Assembly (NCBI GenBank): GCA_049570475.1
Contig: CP186953.1
Span: forward strand, 1,120,001-1,184,000
DNA: 64,000 bases
Direction of reading: 5' to 3'
Origin: Candidatus Methanosuratincola verstraetei
GTDB taxonomy: Archaea; Thermoproteota; Methanomethylicia; Methanomethylicales; Methanomethylicaceae
Within the stretch, counting starts at the first letter, position 1. Each line of letters starts with the position of its first letter. The translations under genes and the position numbers were made by a program. The notes below the pieces were generated by a model that searched no databases, was not told where the DNA came from, and worked only from the letters and a program-made list of their open reading frames with translations. Shown here piece by piece: positions 38,049-48,604 of this stretch.

Positions 38049-38960
38049 TTGACCATGTCCACAGGCAGTACGCGTAAAAAGGGCGTCAGCACGGTCGTTG
38101 GGATGACAATCTTCGTCCTCATATTCGCGCTCGTCGCCTCCTACTCTTTTGTCTGGACGAGCGAGCTGAACAAGTACGTCGAGAACGTGAGGGTGGACAT
38201 GAGGGAGGAGCAGCTTAGGGCCCATGAGGTCCTCGTCGTGACCCCGATCAACGAGACCGCCATCTCGGTCCAGAACCCCACTTCCGAGGTTGTTGTAGTG
38301 ACCCAGATCTGGAGCGGACACGATTTGTTGTGGACGGGGCAGCGGGGCGTCCCGCCATTCTCCAGCGTGACCTTCCCCTCGTTCGATCGGTCTAAGACTG
38401 ACGGCTCGTTCAGGGTCGTAACGCTGCGTGGAAATATCTTCAGCGGGTCCTACGCCGACATGATGGAGCGGATACAGAAGAGGACTTGGACCGTCAGCTG
38501 GTACTGGAACACCACCAGCCAAGAGAACGAGGGCATTCCTCCAACCCAGCTCAACCAGAGCACCCTGATAGGCACAAGCTACTTCTACGACCTGAGGATC
38601 GACTGGGAATGGACCGACGACGCAGCCGTGATCTCGAACTACTACTACAACTCGACGAACGTAATCGGATTCATAGCCAGGGCAGTACTCGTAAAGACCA
38701 CTGACGCGACGCAGGACGCCACTATAAGGTTCCTCATAGACGGCAATTCGCTCGTTAACTTCCAAATAAACGGATCGTATCCGGCCTGGGTGGGTGAGAG
38801 CTTCAACGACAAGTGGATCGACAGCACGAAAGATGTTTACATCGTAATCCCTGGCGACAAGTACTCGGTCCACGAGGTGACCGTATTCTTCAAGACCGTG
38901 GGGTACGAGGGCCCTGTCTACCTCAGGCTCAACATAGCGAACGCCGCCTTCTACCCCTGA
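38049..38960 (+). CDS. Type IV pilin (minor) with extra C-terminal domain
   Basis: RKKG/VSTVVGMTIFVLIF; VVTLRGN ends the pilin domain; ~170-aa beta-rich extension. Confidence 0.82.
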   Translation: MTMSTGSTRKKGVSTVVGMTIFVLIFALVASYSFVWTSELNKYVENVRVDMREEQLRAHEVLVVTPINETAISVQNPTSEVVVVTQIWSGHDLLWTGQRGVPPFSSVTFPSFDRSKTDGSFRVVTLRGNIFSGSYADMMERIQKRTWTVSWYWNTTSQENEGIPPTQLNQSTLIGTSYFYDLRIDWEWTDDAAVISNYYYNSTNVIGFIARAVLVKTTDATQDATIRFLIDGNSLVNFQINGSYPAWVGESFNDKWIDSTKDVYIVIPGDKYSVHEVTVFFKTVGYEGPVYLRLNIANAAFYP

Positions 38961-39119
38961 CCTTTTTCACTTTATTGTTTCAGACCAAGCCCAATGTGCA
39001 TCGGAGTTCTACTAAAATACAAAAATTTAAAAAAATCATTACTAAATCCTAATTTTTCTTTCAGAAAAAGCAAAGAAGATAAATTGGTGTTCATGTTTTA
39101 TTGTCATAGGTGTTATTAT

Positions 39120-42100
39120 TTGCCTTCATCAAGAGGGGTTTCTGTTATCGTAACGACCATACTCCTCATAGGTATTGCAGTAAGCACGGCTTTCGTACTT
39201 TACAGCTCAATCCCCCCGTTCTCCCTTCCAGAGGACTCGGCGGGGAAAATAATGGAGCGCCTCGACGTGGTCAAAGTAGACGTCATAAAGGTAAGTGAAT
39301 CGAATTATAATTGCACCCTCTTCATACTCAACTCCGGGTCGGTCAACGCAACTGTCAACGCACTTTACGTCGAGACTGTGTACCGGACCCTTATCTCCGC
39401 CCCGCATGTCGACTGGGAATCATACGGTCCGATGTCCCCGGGCGATATAATCAACGTGAGCTTTTCGATTGACAAGAAGTACCTCGGCACCCCTGTGCTC
39501 TTCAGCATAGTGACCAAGTCCGGTTTCAAGACGTGGTCCACTTACCTCCTCCCAACAGCTGAGGAGTCCGGGGGATCCTCAGGTCCAAGCGAGGGGATAA
39601 TCACCAAGTACTCGATCAGCGGCATCGTTTTCGAGGACAGGGACAGGGATGGCGTATACAACGGATCCGTAGATGTCCCCTTCTCGTTTGAGGGCTATTT
39701 CGTGGAGATATCTTTTGGAAACGGGAGTCGCATCCCGGCTTACATCGACCAATACGGAAAGTACTCTTATGGCGGGCTTGACAAGGGCTACTATACTGTG
39801 ACCGCCCCGCGTCTCTCTCTCCCAGGCGGAGTGTTGATGACCAACACGACCCCCTCCGAGCTCGTTGTGATGATCAAGTCCAGCTCAAAAAGTGATGTAG
39901 ATTTTGGGTGGTTCTTTGAGACGCCTGTTCCGAGGTACCGTGTCAGCGGCATTGTATTCAACGACACAAACTTTGACGGGGTAAGGGATCCAGATGCCGG
40001 CGAACTCGGTCTCCAGGACTGGTACGTCTCTGTGCGTGCTGTCGGCGGTCCCATGTACGCCACCAGGACTGCCGCTGACGGATCATACTTCTTCGACCTC
40101 CTTCCAGGGACCTACGAGGTCTCCGTAATCCTCAGGGCGGGCTGGACCAACACCACCTCGTGGAGCATGCCAGTCGTGGTCAACGGCTCCGCGGTAAGTG
40201 GCTTGGACTTTGGGGTAAAATTCATTGGCTTCCCTCCGCCCACTGCGCTCAGCATCAGCGGTCGCGTCTACAACGACACCGACCGGAACGGCTTCTTCAT
40301 CCCGCCTGGTGACCTTCCACTTGAAGGCTGGGATGTGGTCTACAGCAGGCTTGGCGGTCCGATGTACTTGGCTGATCCGACCGACTCGGGCGGCGTCTAC
40401 ACGATAGCGGATCTAACGCCAGGGACGTACGCGGTTGAGCAGATACTTAGGGAAGGTTGGGTCAACACCACCTCGCTTCTTAAGGTGGTTTCCGTGTCAT
40501 CGTCTCCGGTCTCCAATGTCGATTTTGGCAACTTCTACGTGGGCACTGGAGGGGGGCAGGTGCAGCTCAGCATCAGCGGTCGCGTCTACAACGACACTGA
40601 TTCCAATGGTGCATTCGATCCTTACGTCGATCTGCCCATGCCTGGCTGGCAGGTTATTCTGCTCGACTCGAACAACCTTCCTGTGTACACCTATCTGACT
40701 GGAGCTCAGGGTCTCTTCTCATTCTCCGGGCTTGCGCCGGGGACCTACAACTTGACGATCGTGCGCCAGTCCGGATGGATTAACACCACCCCCGTCTGGT
40801 ACTCTGTGGTAATTTCCGACACGCCGGTCTGGCGGGACTTCGGATTACACAAGTCGGGTGCCCCAGTTACCTTCACGGTCTACGGCACTATCTTCCAGGA
40901 CTCCGACTCGGACGGCTACTATGATCCCCTCTCAGACGAGCCGCTAGAGGGCTGGACGGTCCTGCTCTACGAAGGTATCTATGATGGCTCGGGCTCTCCG
41001 GCGAGGTTCGCGGTCACAGGCGCCGACGGGTTCTACTCATTTGGATCCCTGAACGCAGGATCGAACTACACGATTATAGCAGCCCTGGAGCTGGGATACA
41101 CTAACTCGACTCCCAGGCTCCAATATGTGGTGAACTCTTCAGCCAGCTTCAACTTCGGCTTCGTCTCCACCGCACTCCCATGGAACTACTCCATAAGCGG
41201 GCTGGTCTTCAACGATACCGACGCGAATGGGATAAGGAACGCCTATGATCCGCCCATGGCGGACTGGCAGGTGATGGTCTCGGACGCGTCGACCGGCATC
41301 CCTGTCCAAGTCGTGGCATCAGGGGGTGACGGCGCGTTCACCGCCTTTGGGCTGGGCCCTGGCAACTACCTTGTCTCGCTCCTGCTAAAGGATCGGTGGG
41401 TGAGCACCACCATGCCCGCCGCAGTAGCAATCACCTCGTCATCTGTATCCGGGATAAAGCTGGGCGCCAGCTATGTCCCGCCATCCCCGACGTACGTGGT
41501 TAGCGGAATCGTCTTCAACGATACTGATGGGGATGGGGTGCTGGAGGAGGGCGATCTCGGTCTCCAGGGCTGGAGTGTGTGGCTCTACAACGGCACCTAC
41601 AACTCGACCGCTACCCCGTGGAAGAAGTCCACCACCCTCGAAACTGGGGAGTTCTACTTCTCGGGCGTCCCGAACGGGACTTACACCGTCCTGGCGATCC
41701 TGCAGCCGGGCTGGACCAACACGACTGCCCGGTACTGCACTGTGACTGTGGCTGGCGGGCACTCCTCCGAGATCCGGTTCGGCGCGAGCGCGGTCGCGAC
41801 CGCCCAGTACTACTCCATTAGCGGCTACGTCTACAACGACACCGACCGGAACGGGGCGAAGGAATTCTACGACCCCGGGCTTTCCGGCTGGGAGCTCTTC
41901 CTGCTCGACTACGACGGCTTCCCGATAGGCTATAATACGACCGTGGCAGGCGGATCCTACCAGTTCGCCTCCCTGCCTGAGGGCGTCTACACCGTCTTCG
42001 TCAGGATCCTCCAAGGGTATTCCAACAGCACGCCCAGCGTCAGGGCAGCGACACTGTCCGGAGGCCCTGTGGAGGATCTCAACTTCGGGGTCTACCCGCT

Positions 42101-45100
42101 CAACGCCTCGCCGGTGCAGCCCAGGTTCAACCTCAGCGGTCGCGTATTGCAATCCCCGCAGATGACCCCGATAAGCGGATTCACGGTCTGGCTCTACGCG
42201 GGGGATCGCAGCGAAGGGCTGACAATAGACGACTTCCCAATCGTGCGCACGACCACCAACTCAACCGGCCATTACCTGTTCACAAACCTGACTCCGGGCA
42301 CTTACACCGCTATAGCCGTCATACCTTACAACTGGGAGCCAGTCAGCCCGAGGTTCAGGGTCGGGACAATCGTCAACGACTCGATAACCGTCCCGGACAT
42401 GCTGGTGAAGAGCAGGAGCTCGGACAAATACACTGTTAGCGGCTACGTCTACAACGACACCGACCGGAACGGGATCTACGACCCTGTCGGCGATAAAGGT
42501 CTCTACGGCTGGGAGGTCTTCATACTCGACAGCGCGGGGTTCCCGGTGGGCGCCGGAAGAGCCACGACCAACTCAACCGGATACTACTACTTCGCCAACA
42601 TCTGGTCCGGAGATTACACAGTGTACATCAGAATGCAGCCCGGGTATGCAAACAGCACCCCGAGGGCGCAGAACATAACAGTCAAAAACGCAAACGTCCC
42701 CAACGTCAACTTCCTCGTGTACCGAATCGCCTCGCCCCCAACGTACTACATAATGGCTAGCGTCTTCAACGACACCAACGGCAACTCGAGGTACGACGCC
42801 GGAGAGGGCCTATCCGGATGGGGGGTTTGGGTATACAGCGGTGTCTACACCGGCGGGGTGGCCTACCCGATCCGGGTGGCTACAACCGCCTCTTCTGGGA
42901 ACGTAACCTTCGCAAACCTGCCGGAGGGCACCTACACTGTCGTCCAGCTCCCGTTGGCAAACTGGACGAATGTGACCCCTAGAAGTGTTGTTGTCACGCT
43001 AACCCAGAACACCAACGTCTCATTCATTGTCCGCCCGGTCTCTGGGCAGCCCACATACTACCTCAGCGGCATGGTCTTCAGGGACTATGACCGGGACGGG
43101 GACTACACCAACCCGCCCGACTCCCCGCTTGCCTGGACCGTATACATCAACGACGGGAGCGGGCTTCCGTTCGCCGCATACAACACCTCATCAGCAAACG
43201 GGGCATTCAACTTCTCGGGTCTAGTCGCTGGCACCTACACAGTATACGTCGCGAACCAAACAGGGTACGCCAACAGCACCCCTGCATCTTTGACAGTCGC
43301 CCTTTCATCTAACACTGAGGGACTGAAATTCGGGATTTACCAGTTATCGCAGACCCCAACAATGGCGATCAGCGGTCGCGTCTTCAACGACACCAACCGC
43401 AACGGTTCATACGAGACAGGGACGGAATCCCCCGTCGCAGGTTGGAAGGTCCTCCTCTACATCGGCAACTACTCGATAACTTCAACCCCCACATACACTG
43501 CGATCACCAACGCCTCTGGCTGGTTCCAGTTCACTGGCCTGTCGTTCCGGAACTACACCCTTGTGTTGTCGATGGAGCCAGGCTACACCAACAGCACCCC
43601 GCGGGTGTATTACATAATCAACGACTCTGCCCAAGTGCTGATGGGCGTCTACCCTATCCCGCCCCAGCAACTCTACTCCATCAGCGGCTACGTCTACAAC
43701 GACACCGACCGGAACGGGATCTTCGCCCAGGGGATCGAGCCAGGGATCGCGGACTGGACTGTCTACCTCAACGATGCCTTGGGACTCCCCGCCTACGTGA
43801 CCCGCACCAACGGAAGCGGCTACTACTCCTTCCTCGGGCTGCCTCCAGGGCCCTATACTGTTTACCTCAACAACTCGATCTCGTATTGGGCAAACAGCAC
43901 CCCGAGGAGGGTCTCTCTTGAGATCACTTCGAATTCTGTATCGCTAGACTTCGGCTTCTACAAGACTGATGCCAAGGCGGTCTATTCGATAACCGGATTC
44001 GTATTCAACGATCAGGACCGGAGCGGGTCTTTCAATGAGGGCGACTCCCCGATCGAGGGCTGGTCCGTGATGCTCTACGACTCTGGGGGCAACCTGCTCA
44101 ACACTAGCGTGACAGGCAGCGGCGGCGTCTTCTCGTTCACCAACCTGAATAACGGCAGCTATACGATCGTAGAGGTGCTGCCGATAAACTGGGTCAACTC
44201 AACCCCAAGGGTGATGCCGATCACGATAGCAGGCACATCCATTTCAGGGATAAGCATAGGGAACTACTACAACGTCTCAGCTCCAGTGACCTTCACGATC
44301 AGCGGCATAGTCTTCAACGACACCAACCGCAACGGCATATACGACACTGGATCTGAGAGCCCACTCCAGGGCTGGTCTGTGATCTTCAGGCCGCCTGAGG
44401 GCGGCATAGTCCAGGCAGTCACCGACTCGGGAGGCAGGTACGTCTTCTACACGATGCCGCCGGGCGAATACACCCTCGAGCTGATAACAAAGGAAGGCTG
44501 GACCAACACGACCGCCTCGAGGATAACCGTGAACGTCACCGATAGGGACTCGACTAACAACAACTTCGGCGTGAGGTACAACCGGTTCAACGTGACCGGC
44601 TTCGTCTTCTTCGACCCGAACCAGAACGGCTTTGACTCCGCGGACTACTACCTCGCCGGCTGGGCAGTCACACTCACGGGATCAGGGGGCAACTTCACCA
44701 CCGTGACCAACCAGTCTGGGGCATTCGCGTTCACCAATGTCCCAGGCGGGAACTATACGCTCGCCGCCGCGGTACCCCAGGGATGGTCCAACACTACTGC
44801 TTCGTCCTCGAAGATAGACCTCCAGTCGAGCGTCTCCGGACAGTCGTTCGGCTTCAAGAGGAGCTTCTTCGCCGGACTCTACATAACTTACACCAGGCAG
44901 CAGTGGGGCACGGAGCCGACCCTCACAGCCGGGAACTTCAGCGCTGCCTACCCATCCGGGTTCGCGGAGATCGGGCGCCCCGGGACGGCCGACAACTACT
45001 CGATAATCTGGTCGAACGTAACGACAATGAGATCCTACTTGGTTAATACATACCCCGTTAGCCAACTCGCAGCCGACTACATCGATCCGGCAACCTACCC

Positions 45101-45404
45101 AGGGGGTCAGTTCGGAGCCAACGTCCTGGCACTAGAGCTCAACGTCAGGTTCAGCGAGAGGTCCATAAGCATCTTCCCTCTAGGCTTCGGCAGCCTGAGG
45201 GTCTATAACTACAGCGCGTCGGTAAACGGGATGAGCGTTGCCGAGGTACTCAGCATTGCGAACCAGGTCTTAGGAGGGGCAGAGATCTCCTCCCTCCTGC
45301 CCGGATTCACAATCGACGGGCTGAACAGCCTGTTGACGCAGCTCAACTCTGCCTTCAGATACGGATCCTCAGACACAACTTGGGCCAGCCAGCACCTCTT
45401 CTGA
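39120..45404 (+). CDS. Giant modular pilin/adhesin: pilin domain + 17 SdrD-B/CnaB-like repeats + C-terminal domain
   Basis: AGGTG SD, TTG start, SSRG/VSVIVTTILLIGIAV class III signal; repeats of SISGxV(Y/F)NDxxxNG...GWxV...G.Y...W.N.T. Confidence 0.88.
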   Translation: MPSSRGVSVIVTTILLIGIAVSTAFVLYSSIPPFSLPEDSAGKIMERLDVVKVDVIKVSESNYNCTLFILNSGSVNATVNALYVETVYRTLISAPHVDWESYGPMSPGDIINVSFSIDKKYLGTPVLFSIVTKSGFKTWSTYLLPTAEESGGSSGPSEGIITKYSISGIVFEDRDRDGVYNGSVDVPFSFEGYFVEISFGNGSRIPAYIDQYGKYSYGGLDKGYYTVTAPRLSLPGGVLMTNTTPSELVVMIKSSSKSDVDFGWFFETPVPRYRVSGIVFNDTNFDGVRDPDAGELGLQDWYVSVRAVGGPMYATRTAADGSYFFDLLPGTYEVSVILRAGWTNTTSWSMPVVVNGSAVSGLDFGVKFIGFPPPTALSISGRVYNDTDRNGFFIPPGDLPLEGWDVVYSRLGGPMYLADPTDSGGVYTIADLTPGTYAVEQILREGWVNTTSLLKVVSVSSSPVSNVDFGNFYVGTGGGQVQLSISGRVYNDTDSNGAFDPYVDLPMPGWQVILLDSNNLPVYTYLTGAQGLFSFSGLAPGTYNLTIVRQSGWINTTPVWYSVVISDTPVWRDFGLHKSGAPVTFTVYGTIFQDSDSDGYYDPLSDEPLEGWTVLLYEGIYDGSGSPARFAVTGADGFYSFGSLNAGSNYTIIAALELGYTNSTPRLQYVVNSSASFNFGFVSTALPWNYSISGLVFNDTDANGIRNAYDPPMADWQVMVSDASTGIPVQVVASGGDGAFTAFGLGPGNYLVSLLLKDRWVSTTMPAAVAITSSSVSGIKLGASYVPPSPTYVVSGIVFNDTDGDGVLEEGDLGLQGWSVWLYNGTYNSTATPWKKSTTLETGEFYFSGVPNGTYTVLAILQPGWTNTTARYCTVTVAGGHSSEIRFGASAVATAQYYSISGYVYNDTDRNGAKEFYDPGLSGWELFLLDYDGFPIGYNTTVAGGSYQFASLPEGVYTVFVRILQGYSNSTPSVRAATLSGGPVEDLNFGVYPLNASPVQPRFNLSGRVLQSPQMTPISGFTVWLYAGDRSEGLTIDDFPIVRTTTNSTGHYLFTNLTPGTYTAIAVIPYNWEPVSPRFRVGTIVNDSITVPDMLVKSRSSDKYTVSGYVYNDTDRNGIYDPVGDKGLYGWEVFILDSAGFPVGAGRATTNSTGYYYFANIWSGDYTVYIRMQPGYANSTPRAQNITVKNANVPNVNFLVYRIASPPTYYIMASVFNDTNGNSRYDAGEGLSGWGVWVYSGVYTGGVAYPIRVATTASSGNVTFANLPEGTYTVVQLPLANWTNVTPRSVVVTLTQNTNVSFIVRPVSGQPTYYLSGMVFRDYDRDGDYTNPPDSPLAWTVYINDGSGLPFAAYNTSSANGAFNFSGLVAGTYTVYVANQTGYANSTPASLTVALSSNTEGLKFGIYQLSQTPTMAISGRVFNDTNRNGSYETGTESPVAGWKVLLYIGNYSITSTPTYTAITNASGWFQFTGLSFRNYTLVLSMEPGYTNSTPRVYYIINDSAQVLMGVYPIPPQQLYSISGYVYNDTDRNGIFAQGIEPGIADWTVYLNDALGLPAYVTRTNGSGYYSFLGLPPGPYTVYLNNSISYWANSTPRRVSLEITSNSVSLDFGFYKTDAKAVYSITGFVFNDQDRSGSFNEGDSPIEGWSVMLYDSGGNLLNTSVTGSGGVFSFTNLNNGSYTIVEVLPINWVNSTPRVMPITIAGTSISGISIGNYYNVSAPVTFTISGIVFNDTNRNGIYDTGSESPLQGWSVIFRPPEGGIVQAVTDSGGRYVFYTMPPGEYTLELITKEGWTNTTASRITVNVTDRDSTNNNFGVRYNRFNVTGFVFFDPNQNGFDSADYYLAGWAVTLTGSGGNFTTVTNQSGAFAFTNVPGGNYTLAAAVPQGWSNTTASSSKIDLQSSVSGQSFGFKRSFFAGLYITYTRQQWGTEPTLTAGNFSAAYPSGFAEIGRPGTADNYSIIWSNVTTMRSYLVNTYPVSQLAADYIDPATYPGGQFGANVLALELNVRFSERSISIFPLGFGSLRVYNYSASVNGMSVAEVLSIANQVLGGAEISSLLPGFTIDGLNSLLTQLNSAFRYGSSDTTWASQHLF

Positions 45405-45579
45405 TCAAGGATTCGCTCCTTCTCTCTCTTTTTTCTATTCAAACGCCTGTCTTGAATCGGTTCCAATTTCTTATCCAAATGACTCGGCAATATGCTTCAA
45501 ATGAGATGCCAATCGCAAATGCGCAGCCCCTGCCCAGATGGGCGTTGATTGAACCTGCGGTCGTCGCGGATGAGCTGCC

Positions 45580-46149
45580 CTATGACTTGCAGATTCCCGC
45601 GAAATTCTTGAGTATCTGTTTCCCCACCGGGGTCTCAGCCACCTCCGGGTGGAACTGGACGCCGTAGACCTCCCTGCCTTCAGCCCTGAGGGCCTCGACC
45701 CCGCAGTAGTCGCTCTCGGCGAGCACCGAAAACCTCTCGTTCCCGGTCCTCCTCACCTCGTCGTTGTGTGATGCCCAAGCGACGAACTCCCTCCCTACCC
45801 CGGCAAGGATCTCGTCCTCCTCCAAGACCCTGATCACCGTCCTCCCGTACTCCGGCTTCCTGCCCTTCACCACCTCCCCCCCGAGCAGCTTCCCGATCAG
45901 CTGGTGCGAGAGGCATATCCCAAGCACCGGGAACGGGGCCCGCTCCACGATCTCCGGGAGCGACCCGAACCTCGCCATCCCGTCGTTCACGCTGTAAGGC
46001 CCCCCTCCCATGACCAGCCCGTCCGCCCCCTTCAGCCCATCGAGCCCGACATTCGGCATGACGAGCCTGCTCGACACCCCGAGCTCCTTGAGCGCCCTGA
46101 CTATCAGGTGGTTGTACTGCCCGCCGAGGAAGACCACGGGGATCTCCAT
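45580..46149 (-). CDS. guaAA: GMP synthase subunit A (glutamine amidotransferase)
   Basis: GGQYNHLI, LGICLSHQ, QFHPEV. Confidence 0.93.
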   Translation of the reverse strand: MEIPVVFLGGQYNHLIVRALKELGVSSRLVMPNVGLDGLKGADGLVMGGGPYSVNDGMARFGSLPEIVERAPFPVLGICLSHQLIGKLLGGEVVKGRKPEYGRTVIRVLEEDEILAGVGREFVAWASHNDEVRRTGNERFSVLAESDYCGVEALRAEGREVYGVQFHPEVAETPVGKQILKNFAGICKS

Positions 46150-46245
46150 CCGACCATCGACCTGCCGCAAGGCTCCTTGCACAGAACAAAAGGAAGGTGG
46201 AAGGATAAATAGCATGTGGTGGCGCTGTGCGGTCTATCGGCGCCC

Positions 46246-47436
46246 TCACTCGAACTCCACAGTCGCCGGAGGCTTCGACGTGATGTCGTAGCAGACCAAC
46301 CCGACGCGGGGGTCCTCCATCACCCTCGACGCGATCCTCCTCAGCACTTCCCGCGGGACTGGCGTCGGCTTCACCGTCATGAAGTCCCTCGTCTCGACCG
46401 CCCTCACTATCACGGCGTAGCCGCCTGCCCCTCTTTTCCTCCCGTCCACTGCTAGGAGCACCCTGACGACCCCCCAGTCCTCGTGGATCACCTTCTCCAC
46501 GATGCCCAGGAGATCCGCCGGTTCTGCCTGCTCCCCCGGCTCCACGACGACCATCCTCCCGTAAGCCCTCTCGTCGCCCTTCACGCCTGTCGCTCGTGCC
46601 CCGAGGTACCAAGCCCTCCCGTTTGGCCCGACCGCCGACCTCGCCATCCTCGAGTCAGCCTCCCTCCGGTCGTCCTCCGCCACCGCGGCGAAGTACTGCT
46701 TCGGGGGCGGATCCAGCCTCGAGAGCTCCCCCTCCACGACCGCGGTCGCCTTCCTGAGGACCTCCATCTTCTCCTCGGTGACCTCCCCGATGCACCTGAC
46801 CATGAGCCCGGGCCCGGGGAAGGGCTGCCTCTGCGACGCGTCAAGCCTCACGCCCAGGTGGACCGCCAGCCTCCTCACCTGGTCCTTGTAGAGTTCCAGG
46901 AGCGGCTCGAGGAGCCTGAACCCGAACGAAGTTTTAGTGTCCACGCCGAGCTGCTCGAGGACGTTGTGCTGAGTCTTTATCCCGCCCGCGGTCTCGATCC
47001 AGTCCGGCGCTATCGTCCCCTGGATGAGCACGTCGCACCCCTCGGCTTTAGCCGCCTCGCCGAGCACCGTGTAGAAAGTCTCCCTGAATGCGATCCGCTT
47101 GGCTTCCGCGTCCGACTTGCCCTTGAGCGCCGCCATGAACCTGTCGCTGACAGAGAGGATCCTGAGCGGGAGCCCCAGCGAGGTGAGTATCCCCTTGACC
47201 TCCTCGACCTCCCCCTCCCTCATGAAGCCCGTGTCGAGGAAGAAGCAGACGAGCCTCTCCCCGAGCGCGCGGTGCGCCAGAGCAGCGCAGACCGTGCTGT
47301 CGACCCCGCCCGAGGTCGCTATCGCAGCCTTGCCGTCGCCTACGAACCTCCTGATCTCGGCGACCTTCTCTTCCGTGAATCTTGCAGGGTCAAAAGCCTC
47401 AACCGCTCCAGGATCAGAAATCTTGCAAACCCCCAA
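46246..47436 (-). CDS. guaAB: GMP synthase subunit B (ATP pyrophosphatase)
   Basis: SGGVDS, QGTIAPD, IKTQHNV, RQPFPGPGL, YDITSKPPATVEFE. Confidence 0.95.
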   Translation of the reverse strand: MGVCKISDPGAVEAFDPARFTEEKVAEIRRFVGDGKAAIATSGGVDSTVCAALAHRALGERLVCFFLDTGFMREGEVEEVKGILTSLGLPLRILSVSDRFMAALKGKSDAEAKRIAFRETFYTVLGEAAKAEGCDVLIQGTIAPDWIETAGGIKTQHNVLEQLGVDTKTSFGFRLLEPLLELYKDQVRRLAVHLGVRLDASQRQPFPGPGLMVRCIGEVTEEKMEVLRKATAVVEGELSRLDPPPKQYFAAVAEDDRREADSRMARSAVGPNGRAWYLGARATGVKGDERAYGRMVVVEPGEQAEPADLLGIVEKVIHEDWGVVRVLLAVDGRKRGAGGYAVIVRAVETRDFMTVKPTPVPREVLRRIASRVMEDPRVGLVCYDITSKPPATVEFE

Positions 47437-47493
47437 CAGCGCTCTCTACGGCAAGGTTAATCTTAAAGTTAGTGCAGACCCGATCAGCGGTAG

Positions 47494-48063
47494 GTGCGCT
47501 TCATGCTCAACAGGGTCAGGAACGCCGTCTCGAGGGTATTGAGACCGCTGGCCTCCGCGCTGGCGAGGTCGCGGGTGCCGCCTAACGCCATCACTCTCCT
47601 GGGCTTCCTCGTCTCGCTCGTGGCTGCCTATGCCTTCTACCGGTCTGTGCCTGTGCTTGGCGGGGTCGTGCTGCTGATCTCCGGGTTCTTCGACATCATC
47701 GACGGCGCCGTCGCCCGAGCCTCCGGGAGGGTCACCAAGTGGGGAGGCGTCCTGGACTCGACCCTGGACCGGTACTCAGACCTTGCAGTACTCGGAGCGA
47801 TCGCCATCTCCGGCCTCTGCAACCCGATCGCGGGAATGGCAGCCATGATCGGGTCCGTCATGGTCAGCTACGTGAGGGCGAGGGGAGAGGTCGAGCAGGT
47901 CAGGATGTCCGCCGTCGGTCTGATGGAGCGGGCCGAGAGGATGGTGCTGGTGGCAGCAACCGCGATCCTCGGGATCCTCGACATCGGGATCCTTGTCCTC
48001 GCGCTGCTCACGAACATGACCGTCCTGCAGCGGCTCTACCACATCTGGAGGTCCCTCTCCTAG
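47494..48063 (+). CDS. CDP-alcohol phosphatidyltransferase (archaetidylinositol-phosphate synthase-like)
   Basis: DIIDGAVAR...GGVLDSTLDRYSD, VSYVRAR, ERAER. Confidence 0.9.
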   Translation: MRFMLNRVRNAVSRVLRPLASALARSRVPPNAITLLGFLVSLVAAYAFYRSVPVLGGVVLLISGFFDIIDGAVARASGRVTKWGGVLDSTLDRYSDLAVLGAIAISGLCNPIAGMAAMIGSVMVSYVRARGEVEQVRMSAVGLMERAERMVLVAATAILGILDIGILVLALLTNMTVLQRLYHIWRSLS

Positions 48064-48217
48064 CCTTTTCGCTTTACTTGCAGAGCCCGCGGCTTTCCCA
48101 GGCGCGGCGCCCAGAGCCTCCACCTCCAGCCACCCTTCCCCCCATCCATCCAACCAGCCGATCTACAAAACGGACAATTCGCAAAAACGGCTGGTCTGAG
48201 ATTGCTCCCAAGACCGA

Positions 48218-48544
48218 TCAGCCCGGCGGGGATAGGCGCCTGGCAGTCTCCTTCAGGAGATCCACCCCCCTCCGGAACGTCTCGATCCCCTTCTCGGTCG
48301 GGCGGTAGTACCTGCGTGCGACCTTCTTCCCCGCCGATTCCTCTTTGCAGCTGGAGAGCAGCCCCTCCCGCTCCATCGCATACAGGACGACGTAGACCGT
48401 TATAGTTGCAGGCTCGAACCCGAACTCCTCCGAGATCCTCTCCCTTATCTCATACGCGTACATCGGGCGGTCCATCAGCAGGCGCATCACGTAGAGCCAG
48501 AGGTTCTCCCTCGTTATCTTCTCAACCAGCCTCTCATAGGCCAT
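48218..48544 (-). CDS. PadR family transcriptional regulator
   Basis: PMYAYEI, VY.VL..MEREGL, RRYY..TEKG. Confidence 0.88.
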   Translation of the reverse strand: MAYERLVEKITRENLWLYVMRLLMDRPMYAYEIRERISEEFGFEPATITVYVVLYAMEREGLLSSCKEESAGKKVARRYYRPTEKGIETFRRGVDLLKETARRLSPPG

Positions 48545-48604
48545 CGCGATCAGTACCCCCCGGTCCCGCGCGCATCCTGTTCACAATCCCCTGCCGCAGG
48601 ACCA

